Of a stretch of 64,000 bases of DNA, positions 39,601 to 51,600 are shown piece after piece (the stretch's first letter is position 1; each line of letters starts with the position of its first letter). The stretch is from Mizuhopecten yessoensis (taxonomy: Eukaryota). The position numbers were made by a program, and so were the translations under genes. Where the stretch lies: NCBI RefSeq assembly GCF_002113885.1, contig NW_018480054.1, forward strand, positions 318,301 to 382,300, read 5' to 3'. The notes beneath the pieces were generated by a model. It saw only the letters and a program-made list of their open reading frames with translations, did not search any database and was not told the DNA's origin.

Positions 39601-42600
39601 TACATCCTCTAGGAGAAATTAAATCATTGCTACATACTCTAGGAGAAATTAAATCATTGCTACATTCTTTAGGAGAAATTAAATCATTGCTACATTCTCA
39701 GGAGAACTTAAATCATTGCTACATTCTCAAGGAGAAATTAAATCATTTTGCTCTAGGAGAAATTGAATCATTTTGCTCTAGGAGAAATTAAATCATTTTG
39801 CTCTAGGAGAAATTGAATCATTTTGCTCTAGGAGAAATTAAATCATTTTGCTCTAGGAGAAATTGAATCATTTTGCTCTAGGAGAAATTAAATCATTTTG
39901 CTCTAGGAGAAATTGAATCATTTTGCTCTAGGAGAAATTAAATCATTTTGCTCTAGGAGAAATTGAATCATTGCTACATTCTCTATGAGAAATTAAATCA
40001 TTGCCACATTCTCAAGGAGAAATTAAATCATTTTGCTCTAGGAGAAATTGAATCATTGCTACATTCTCTATGAGAAATTAAATCATTGCCACATTCTCTA
40101 GGAGAAATAAAATCATTGCTACATTCTCTAGGAGAAATTCAATCATTGCTACATGCTCTAGGAGAAATTAAATCATTGTTTCATTCTCAGGAGAAATTAA
40201 ATCATCGCTACATTCTCTAGGAGAAATTAAAACATTGCTACATTCTCTAGGAGAAACTAAATCATTACAACATTCTCTAGGAGAAATTAGATCATTGCTA
40301 CATTCTCCAGGAGAAATTAAATCATTGCTACATACTCTAGGAGAAATTAAATCATTGCTACATCCTCTAGGAGAAATTAAATCATTGCTACATACTCTAG
40401 GAGAAATTAAATCATTGCTACATCCTCTAGGAGAAATTAAATCATTGCTACATACTCTAGGAGAAATTAAATCATTGCTACATTCTTTAGGAGAAATTAA
40501 ATCATTGCTACATTCTCTAGGAGATATTAGATTATTGATACATTCTCTAGGAGAAATAAAATCATTGCTACATTCTCTAGGAGATATTAGATTATTGCTA
40601 CATTCTCTAGGAGAAATCAAATCATTACTACATTCTCTAGGAGAAATTAGATTATTGTTACATTCTCTAGGAGAAATTTAATCATTGCCACATTCTCTAG
40701 GAGAAATTAGATCATTGCTACATTCTCCAGGAGAAATTAAATCATTGCTACATCCTCTAGGAGAAATTAAATCATTGCTACATTCTTTAGGAGAAATTAA
40801 ATCATTGCTACATCCTCTAGGAGAAATTAAATCATTGCTACATCCTCTAGGAGAAATTAAATCATTGCTACATTCTCTCGGAGAAATTAAATCATTGCTA
40901 CATTCTTTAGGAGAAATTAAATCATTGCTACATTCTTTAGGAGAAATTAAATCATTGCTACATACTCTAGGAGAAATTAAATCATTGCTACATCCTCTAG
41001 GAGAAATTAAATCATTGCTACATCCTCTAGGAGAAATTAAATCATTGCTACATTCTTTAGGAGAAATTAAATCATTGCTACATTCTTTAGGAGAAATTAA
41101 ATCATTGCTACATACTCTAGGAGAAATTAAATCATTGCTACATCCTCTAGGAGAAATTAAATCATTGCTACATACTCTAGGAGAAATTAAATCATTGCTA
41201 CATTCTCCAGGAGAAATTAAATCATTGCTACATTCTCTAGGAGATATTAAAACATTGCTACATTCTCTAGGAGAAATTCAATCATTGCTACATTCTCTAG
41301 GGGAAATTAAATCATTGCTACATTCTCTAGGAGATATTAGATTATTGCTACATTCTCTAGGAGAAATTTAATCATTGCTACATTCTCTAGGAGAAATCAA
41401 ATCATTACTACATTCTCTAGGAGAAATTAAATAAGAGAAATTAAATCATTGCTACATTCTCAGGAGAACTTAAATCATTGCTACATTCTCAAGGAGAAAT
41501 TAAATCATTTTGCTCTAGGAGAAATTGAATCATTTTGCTCTAGGAGAAATTAAATCATTTTGCTCTAGGAGAAATTGAATCATTTTGCTCTAGGAGAAAT
41601 TAAATCATTTTGCTCTAGGAGAAATTGAATCATTTTGCTCTAGGAGAAATTAAATCATTTTGCTCTAGGAGAAATTGAATCATTGCTACATTCTCTAGGA
41701 GAAATCAAAACATTGCTACATTCTCTAGGAGAAATCAAAACATTGCTACATTCTCTAGGAGAAACTAAATCATTACAACATTCTCTAGGAGAAATTAGAT
41801 CATTGCTACATTCTTTAGGAGAAATTAAATCATTGCTACATACTCTAGGAGAAATTAAATCATTGCTACATTCTCTAGGAGAAATCAAATCATTACTACA
41901 TTCTCTAGGAGAAATTAAGTCATTGCCACATTCTCTAGGAGAAATAAAATCATTGCTACATTCTCTAGGAGAAATTTAATCATTGCTACATTCTCTAGGA
42001 GAAATTAGATTATTGCTACATTCTCTAGGAGAAATCAAATCATTACTACATTCTCTAGGAGAAATTAAATAATTGCTACATTCTCTAGGAGAAATTTAAT
42101 CATTGCTACATTCTCTAGGAGATATTAGATTATTGCTACATTCTCTAGGAGAAATTAGATCATTGCTACATTCTCCAGGAGAAATTAAATCATTGCTACA
42201 TCCTCTAGGAGAAATTAAATCATTGCTACATTCTCCAGGAGAAATTAAATCATTGCTACATTCTCTAGGAGAAATTAAATCATTGCTACATTCTCAGGAG
42301 AACTTAAATCATTGCTACATTCTCTAGGAGAAATTCAATCATTGCTACATGCTCTAGGAGAAATTAAATCATTGTTACATTCTCAGGAGAAATTAAATCA
42401 TCGCTACATTCTCTAGGAGAAATTAAAACATTGCTACATTCTCTGTATATTGAGGTCTGAATCGGATATGACTTAAGTAACCTTGACTTTTCATCTGAGG
42501 TGTCCCAACTCTACACTGTCAATTATAGTGTAGTACTGTTTCTGCTGGTCTCTAAACCAGTGGACAATTTTTATTTATAATAACACATATAAAACATCTA

Positions 42601-45600
42601 TATACGATAATCCCTCCAATAAATACACCAGAACACAGAGTAGCTAGCGCTGCCACCCATTTACACGTTCATCAAGCAACTGATAGTTAAAATTCAATTC
42701 AATTATTTTGGGTGCAACAGTATTTTAAAATTTTAAACATGGCATATGAAGAAAACCTTAAATTGTGTACCTTTCGCCCTCCCTAATGAAAGCGAATGTC
42801 ATTACAGATACTATTTGTACACAACATACAATGCATAGTAATTATATGTGAAGGGCAAAATTAAGTAGGGTTGAACATGAATTTGATCAGCAAAGGGTGA
42901 CTATTTGACCGAGCCAAACCCTCTTGGTATACAGTAATCAGATGCCTGATCTACCTGTAAATGGATGAAACCTTTAGCAACCCTGGCTTCTACTTTATGT
43001 ATCTATTTCATTCTGCCTATAACACAAACACTATCTAATTTATTTCTGCATTATTTACTTCATACAAGTTTTTCACTTTTATTCTTGTGCTATAGCTTTG
43101 CATTATGATATATGTGTATCATGTCTCTATATCACTATCATTGAATTGATTTGAGAGCGTAACGGCATTATGCACCACCATAAAGTGGTACCCACCCTCC
43201 TATACTGTACACTCTGGAACAGTCTCCAGTTTAACGTGGCGCCCCACCCTCCTATACTGTACTCTCTGGGATACTCTCCAGTTTAACGTGGCGCCCCACC
43301 CTCCTAATCTGTATACTCTGGAATACTATCCAGTTTAACGTGGCGCCCCCCCCTCCTATACGGTACTCTCTGGAATAGTCTCCAGTTTAACGTGGCGCCC
43401 CCCCCTCCTGTACTGTAACCTCTGGAATACCCTCCAGTTTAACGTGGCGCCCCACCCTCCTATACTGTAAACTCTGGAATACTCTCCAGTTTAACGTGGC
43501 GCCCCCCCCTCCTATACGGTACTCTCTGGAATAGTCTCCAGTTTAACGTGGCGCCCCGCCCTCCTGTACTGTAAACTCTGGAATACTCTCCAGTTTAACG
43601 TGGTGCCCCACCCTCCTATACTGTACTCTCTGGAATACTCTCCAGTTTAACGTGGCGCCCCACCCTCCTATACTGTACTCTCTGGGATACTCTCCAGTTT
43701 AACGTGGCGCCCCACCCTCCTATACTGTACTCTCTGGAATAGTCTCCAGTTTAACGTGGCGCCCCACCCTCCTGTACTGTAAACTCTGGAATACTCTCCA
43801 GTTTAACGTGGCGCCCCACCCTCCTATACTGTACTCTCTGGAATAGTCTCCAGTTTAACAAAACTTTGCCAAACAAAAATAACTTACATCAGCGTCCCTG
43901 GCTGGACTTTTACTCTTGCTACGAATTATAATTGACCCATCCTCCGCAACTGTGGAATCCTGACCAGATATCTCCAGAGATTTGAACATTGCACTGAATT
44001 GATCATTGTCCACACTCTGTTGCACTTTGCTGGCCTGGCTAAACAGGCTCTCCAAATTAAGCTTGGGCCCCTCATTGTCTGTTGCTAGAGTCACTAGGGG
44101 TTGTTCTGACCCCTCATTTTCTGTCGCTAGAGTCACTAGAGGCTGTTCTGACTCCTTATGGTCTGTTGCTAGAGTTACTAGGGGTTTTTCACCTTCTGCA
44201 CACGGCACAGAGGGCTTGGGCAGTTTGTCCAGGGCAGCTGCAGCCACACTGAGGGATGTTCCTGATGTCGACGTTTGATCGTGGTTCCCAGAAGATTTTA
44301 ATTCTTGCCACATATTAATGAAATCCGAGTTCTGAGGTTCCACAAAAGCCTGTCCAAGGAGGAGAAGATATATTGCTACTGAAGACTGGTGGACAGTGTT
44401 TTATCATGATTCATCAGATTGTCCACAAAAACTAAAATTTATTTTGTCCGGAACTTTAAAAAAATAAAAATCCTTTTAGGGTTGTCAAACCATGTTTTTT
44501 TATTTGAAGTATAAACCAGTTGCTCAAAAAGTCTTCTGACCAAGAAAGCAGTCAAGTTTTAGTAACTGGTCATTAACAACAAGAGTACTGCGGGGCGGAA
44601 CAAAATACGCCCGTCGAATGCCATATAGTGTTATATACTTTCTTACATTGAAATAAGATCTGCATCATTCTAAGAGTGGTAAGCTGATATGCTATAAAAA
44701 ATGTAGGAGAAAATCTTCAGACAAAAAATCAAATACTGAAATGAACAAAAGGCAATACATTTTGCAAAAATCGGCGAATCAAAATTCTTTTAAGGGAAAC
44801 ACAACTTCAAATCATGATTATAAAGTATACCAAGTTTCAAAGAGATCCGTAAAAAAATGTAGGAGGAGATTTCCAGACAAAAATCAAATACTGAAATGAA
44901 CAAAGGGCAATAATTTTTGGAAAAATTGTTGAATCAAAATTCTTTTAAGGGAGACAGAACTTCATATCATGATTATTATGTAGAAGGAGATTGCCAGACA
45001 AACAAAGTTTACGCCAGACGGATGGACGGACAACGCCATACCGTAATACTACCGTCAAGGTTGTGCTGTGAGGGCATCTCTACTATCAAGTGCTGTACCA
45101 TATATTAACAGCTCGGGCAATGAACTGTTTACATTAATTAGTGCTCACTTACCATCGATGTATAACTACAGTATCTATAGTAAGGTCTAACCTTGGTAAA
45201 CATGGAATAAATAACTGTCTGACCATTCAGTTATTAAATTTTGTAATTTGTTTGAGGTCTTCCCAATAGAGTAACTGGTTTAAATACAAGCTAAATGTTG
45301 ACAACCCTGATTTATTATTAGGATTCAAGAATACAATCAACTAAATTTTTAACAATTTTTGTTAGTTTTTTGATAACAAAAAATATTTAAAAGACCAAAA
45401 AAGACACCTATAAAAGTGAACATTTTAATTAAATAAAGTGATTCAATAAGATTTTGAACAAAATACTTCTTTGATCATAAATCCAACAATTTACCTTTCC
45501 TGTTTGACCTTTGGCCCCGTCCCACTTGCCCGGTGTCGGTTTACCAGACTGGCTGACCTTAGGAGTGACAAACTTCGGGGATGATGCCCCTCCTTCTTGG

Positions 45601-48600
45601 TTAAAGCTTTTCAAGTGTAAATCTGACTGCGTTTCCATCTGTGACAATCAGATCATATAAATTAGTGTTAGAGCTGTTCTAGAAATAAATACTGGAGTGG
45701 AGCATACTTTTTTCCTCCTGTAGCTGTCGTGCATTTAAAGACCTACCTATACTTGTGAGCTTTGGCGTTGAGTTCATTCTCTCCCCACGTAACTTTCTGA
45801 CTTTTCACATAATTATATCTTTCAGTGTTGGCTTCCTCCCTCCTGTAGTTACCTGGCCTTTTTAAACCTACCTGTAAGTGCTGGCTATTGCTCTTTTTAC
45901 TTCCCTCCCCATGTAAGTATCATGCATTTGCACACATACCTGTGAGTGTCGGCTGTTTTCTTTACCTCCCTCCTATAGTTGTCCTGAATATTAACACCCA
46001 CCTGTGAACGTTGGCTGTTTTTTTTACATCCCTCACTCCTATAGTGTCCTGAATGTTAACACCTACCTGTGAGTGTTGGCTATTGTCTTTAATTCCCTCC
46101 CTTCTGTAGCCGTCCTGCCTGTTAACACCTACCTGTGAGTGTTGGCTGTTGTCTTTACTTCCCTCCCTTCTGTAGCTGTCCTGCCTGTTAACACCTACCT
46201 GTGAGTGTTGGCTGTTGTCTTTACTTCCCTCCCTTCTGTAGCTGTCCTGCCTGTTAACACCTACCTGTGAGTGTTGGCTGTTGTCTTTACTTCCCTCCCT
46301 TCTGTAGCTGTCCTGCCTGTTAACACCTACCTGTGAGTGTTGGCTGTTGTCTTTACTTCCCTCCCTTCTGTAGCTGTCCTGCCTGTTAACACCTACCTGT
46401 GAGTGTTGGCTGTTGTCTTTACTTCCCTCCCTTCTGTAGCTGTCCTGCCTGTTAACACCTACCTGTGAGTGTTGGCTGTTGTCTTTACTTCCCTCCCTTC
46501 TGTAGCTGTCCTGCCTGTTAACACCTACCTGTGAGTGTTGGCTGTTGTCTTTACTTCCCTCCCTTCTGTAGCTGTCCTGCCTATTTGCACCTCCCCTAAA
46601 GTCTTGTCTAGAATCCTTTCCGGCTCTCCAGTTGTTATCCTGTTCTGCACGAGAGTTCTGATACTGTTTCTCTCCTTTTGTATAGGATCTATTGTCATTG
46701 TAATTTTCCTGGTTACTATAGCGATTGTCACTTCTACCTCCCTGACTAGCTGCTGCATAAGACATGTTGTTGTTGTTGTTTGATCCGGGTCGGAAGTCCT
46801 GCTGCCTGTTGTTTGATCCGGGTCGGACGTCCTGCTGCCTGTTGTTTAAGGACTGCTGATAGGCTTTATTTAGAAATTTTGTAAGTGCCTCCTGATTGGC
46901 GGCTGCCTTTCCAGTTTTTTTCTCATTCTTCCTTACCCCGTGAGATAAGTTAATCATTGCTGCTTTAGGCATTCTGTAGCCTTTACCTGGCGAACACCTG
47001 GCAGGGATAAATTATAATCATCAACTGGGAATCTCATGCAAAAGGTGACGTATTTCCACACTACAATGCTGTAGGATTGGAACTATCTAACTGATAGAGA
47101 CAAAATGAGTTCGGAGTCATCTCAATTTACACTTTTATTGCGTGTTGTTTCTCCGTTTTTGATGTTGCCTTTGTCCACCATTAATGAAGCAGTTTAAGTT
47201 TACCAGAAGCACACAGAACATTTTATAAGAGCAATAAGCTACATACTCATAACAATGGTAAGAATGCATTGAAAGTAAACTTCAAAATTAACGTGTTTAT
47301 CAGATGTCACAGAAATCACTGATTTATAGGAAATATAAACCAAACTAATGAATGCAAGCTCTCTGTGATGTCTGTTAAAGACGTCTATGTGGTGTTATTT
47401 ACATAACAATATCTTAGTTGTTGTCCCTCAATAACATTGTACAGTGGCTCCCATCAATCAGTGCATGTTTCTAACTGGTGAGTGTTTACCTTATACAAGT
47501 TTAATTCCAATCAATCAGTGGATGTTTCTAACTGGTGAGTGTTTACCTTGTACAAGTTTAATTCAAATCAATCAGTGCATGTTTCTAACTGGTGAGTGTT
47601 TACCTTGTACAAGTTTAATTCCAATCAATCAGTGCACGTTTCTAACTGGTGAGTGTTTACCTTATACAAGTTTAATTCCAATCAATCAGTGGATGTTCAT
47701 GATGGTGAGTTCCTACCTTGTACATGGACTAACTATTTTCTATTCTTCTTTTATTCGTAAAAACTTAACAGCGATATATCCAAAATAATTGCACTATGAA
47801 ACTATAAAAATCATACCTAAGAGTGATTCCGCCTGGGAACTCTTCATCGAACACAATGTCATATATAGTGTCCGTTTCCTTCTCCTCAATATGGACTCCG
47901 GTGACAGTGCCCCTCAGACCGAACGGTACTGGATAGCCTTTACGTACATTGGCTACTCTGTCAAACAGGTAGAACTCCACAGACTGGTCTGGTACCATGT
48001 TCCCCTGCCCAACCATTGGCTGAAAATCGGGCAAAAATATTTGGATTTATATATAAGATCTGTGGGCAGACAGGTTGTTCAAATTTTGACTAGTACAGCA
48101 AGTAGCGTAGGGCTAATCCTGAAATGACTTGTCCATGGTGAAAGGCAAACAATAGGAAAATGGGATGTGTGGTCCAGATTGTATCATTTTTTTAAATTTT
48201 TATTCTTCCATTCACATTACAATTTTGATTGGTAACTGTGTATCAGAAAAAATATCAACAATTAAAAGTACTACACTGTGTCATGCCAAATAACGAAATA
48301 CAAAACCATGAAATCTTTTTCAGTGCAACTATATTTTCTAAGTTAATGGATTTTCGTCTTTCTAAATCTAAGGTGAGCATAATGTTTTGATAGCCTATCT
48401 AGTTCAGACTACAGATTACTTCAAACAGGTAAATTAACCTCAAACAACAGATTACTTCACCTCAACAACAGGTACATTTATCTCAATCAACAGGCAATTT
48501 GCCTAAAAACAAGTACTTTAACCTGAACAGTATGTTACTTTGCTCTGAACAAAAGTAACTTTTAATTGAACAACAGATAGCCTCAAATGACAAGTACACT

Positions 48601-51600
48601 TACCTTAAACAACAGGTAAGTTTGACTTAACAACAGGTAACTTCACCTTGAACAACAGGTAAGTTTGACTTAACAACAGGTAACCTCACCTTAAACAACA
48701 GGTAAGTTTGACTTAACAACAGGTAACTTCACCTTAAACAACAGGTAAGTTTGACTTAACAACAGGTAACTTCACCTTGAACAACAGGTAAGTCTGACTT
48801 AACAACAGGTAACTTCACACCTTGAACAACAGGTAAGTTTGACTTAACAACAGGTAACTTCACCTTGAACAACAGATGTGGCTTCACTTGCATCTTCACC
48901 CTGCGCTGTTTCCGTTTGTTGACTTCCTGACAACAACAAAAATCATACATTTTAGTTTTAGATTTCCTAAAATCCTAAATCTTAACCCTAGTGATGATAT
49001 TCTTTATTTTCTAACATGAGGCTTTAAGCCAAGGATTAGTTATGCAGAATCTGATCCAAAAGAATAATTATATGGTGATCATATGGACATATGATCACCA
49101 TATAGTTATTCTTTATCTCTCAACAATTTCAATACTATGTTTGAAACAAATGGTTTTCACATGTGTATATGTTTTTGCCCTTAATTTGCACATGACCACT
49201 CCTATCAAAAGCTGACTGTGACATATTTATAGTTAAGGGTGGTCCGGTAGCTGACTGTGACATATTTATAGTTAAGGGTGGTCCAGTGGCGCTGACTGTG
49301 ACATATTTATAGTTAAGGGTGGTCCGGTAGCTGACTGTGACATATTTGTAGTTAAGGGGGGTCCGGTGGCGCTGACTGTGACATATTTATGGTTAAGGGT
49401 GGTCCGGTGGCGCTGACTGTGACATATTTATAGTTAAGGTTGGTTCGGTGGCGCTGACTGTGACATATTTATAGTTAAGGGTGGTCCGGTGAAAATAGCA
49501 CTCACCTTCCGCCATGGTTCAGGGCTTTTCATAGGTCAATAGTTGAACTGCTGCCAAGGCTATTCGATGGCCGACAGAAAGTTCCCCACAATGAAATAAT
49601 ACAACTTAGAACTTACAATGATCTTTTGCACTTCCTGCTCAATGGCGTTGATGACACCCTGGTCTAGTATTTCGGCCCCAGCTTTCATTGTCTTCACGCT
49701 ATTACAAGGCAGTCCCTTTACAAAATCTGTCATCTTCTTCAAGCTGTATGGACTACAGGTATAAACATGTATGATAACGATTAAACAGGAGGTTAAACAA
49801 CAATCATCATCTACCACAGCACAGTACCAGGTAATCCTATCTGACAGAACTTTTCTCTCTAAACAAGCTTCTTCAATAGTATTCAGTTTTTAAAACTGAT
49901 GTTTTTTTATGTTTTATGCATTGAGCATCAGAGCTGATTTATCCCAATCAGTTGAAGTGAATGGTTTTATAGAATGTCTGGTAACATAGACTAGTACTAA
50001 CATTAAGCCACAATAATAAATTTGACTCTGCCTCTACACATGACTGTTATTTTTCTAAGATAATAAGATTTCATATGACTATAAATGTAGCCTAATTCAA
50101 AGGGTAAACAACATTGTACAATTTAATTAGCTGGATTACAGCCAAATACATGTAGATTCCATATTCAACATGGAACTTTACCTGCCCTCCTTGAAAAGGT
50201 CTGTCTCATAGAAGTTATCTCCCCTGCCTCCATCTTTAGAACTGATATAGGACCATATTTCTGGAAATCTGGAAAAAATATATGAAAACTAGAACAATTA
50301 CAGAAAAGGAATTGCCCTGCAATATGACTCATGGTATTTATCCTTTAAATTGTCAAACAGAAGCCACAGTGATTCTGTCGGAGTTTGAAATATGGGTAAT
50401 AAGGGAACACATACAAAAGTCACGTAATTGGAATTGGACAAGTACTATTTACCAGTTAGCATGAAGAAAATCAGGCCGACAGAAAAGAGCTTATTGTTAA
50501 AAAGATGTCAGACAATCTGAGGTCATGGTGGCCATCTTGGGTTATGGGATCTGGATTGTATGTTCTAAATCAAAATGTGTCTATTCCATAAGAACAATTT
50601 ACAACAAGGTATGGAGAAAATTATACGATGAATCAAAAGCTACAGTTGTGTATGTCCGAGCCAATCAACCAATCAAGGGTGGCCATGTTTGGTATTGGGG
50701 CAATATGGCTTTATGGAAATATAGGATATCCACCAAGTACCACTAGCAATCAAAATGAACACCGACAAGTCAGAAAGGGTCACCACACAATACAGGTAGG
50801 ACAGTATATCTCTTAGTAACATTGACCTTGACTGGTGGACATTTTCATAGGTACATAGGATCCTGGTTATATGGCTAAAACCAAGAAAATCGGTTTTTTG
50901 TAAATTTTAGGTATATTTTTTACAGTACTTTGAGAAATATTACCATTAAAGGAACAAGTGTTTGAACCCTTGAGCCCCTAAGGCACTTACTCAGCAAGGT
51001 ATTGTCCGACCACCTCCATGGCTTTGTCGGAGTATGTCCATCCTTCATCTGTTCTCTTTGTGTACCCAGGGACCTCCTCATTCCGCTTGGTAAACTTTAG
51101 GTTTAGACCAATGTTAGTTTTGAAGCGGTCATTTGGATTGTCAGGCGACCCAGGGGTCACCATGATGCAGCCAGTCATCCGTGACAGGAAGTGGGAAGTG
51201 ATAGCAAGTCGAGGGGCAATGACATAGCCTGGATAATACTGAATGCCCAAGAACTGAGGATAGAAAATATCAACAAATGCTTATTTCAACAGGGTCTTTT
51301 ACACAATAATGTAGGATTTCATGTTATCATGCATGTTATGTCACGACATTTACCTATCTGTTACATTTGCCTTGAATATTTTACAAGATGAAACAAACTA
51401 CAATAAATCATGACAAATCCATGATGTTTATAAATCTGCAAAATAGAAATTTACGAACCCTAACCCAAAATAAAAAGTTACAAACCCTTACCCAAAATAG
51501 AAAGTTACGAGCCCTAACCCAAAATAAGAAGTTACAAACCCTAACCCAAAATAGAAAGTTACGAACCCTAACCCAAAATAAAAAGTTACAAACCCTAACC

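Noticed and set aside
33558-42327. IHTIQLCYSPS and LLHSLGEIKS repeat ORFs (LRR-like look)
   Set aside because: Intronic satellites antisense to XRN1, with frameshifts and stops; the first has a clear transposon-junction origin
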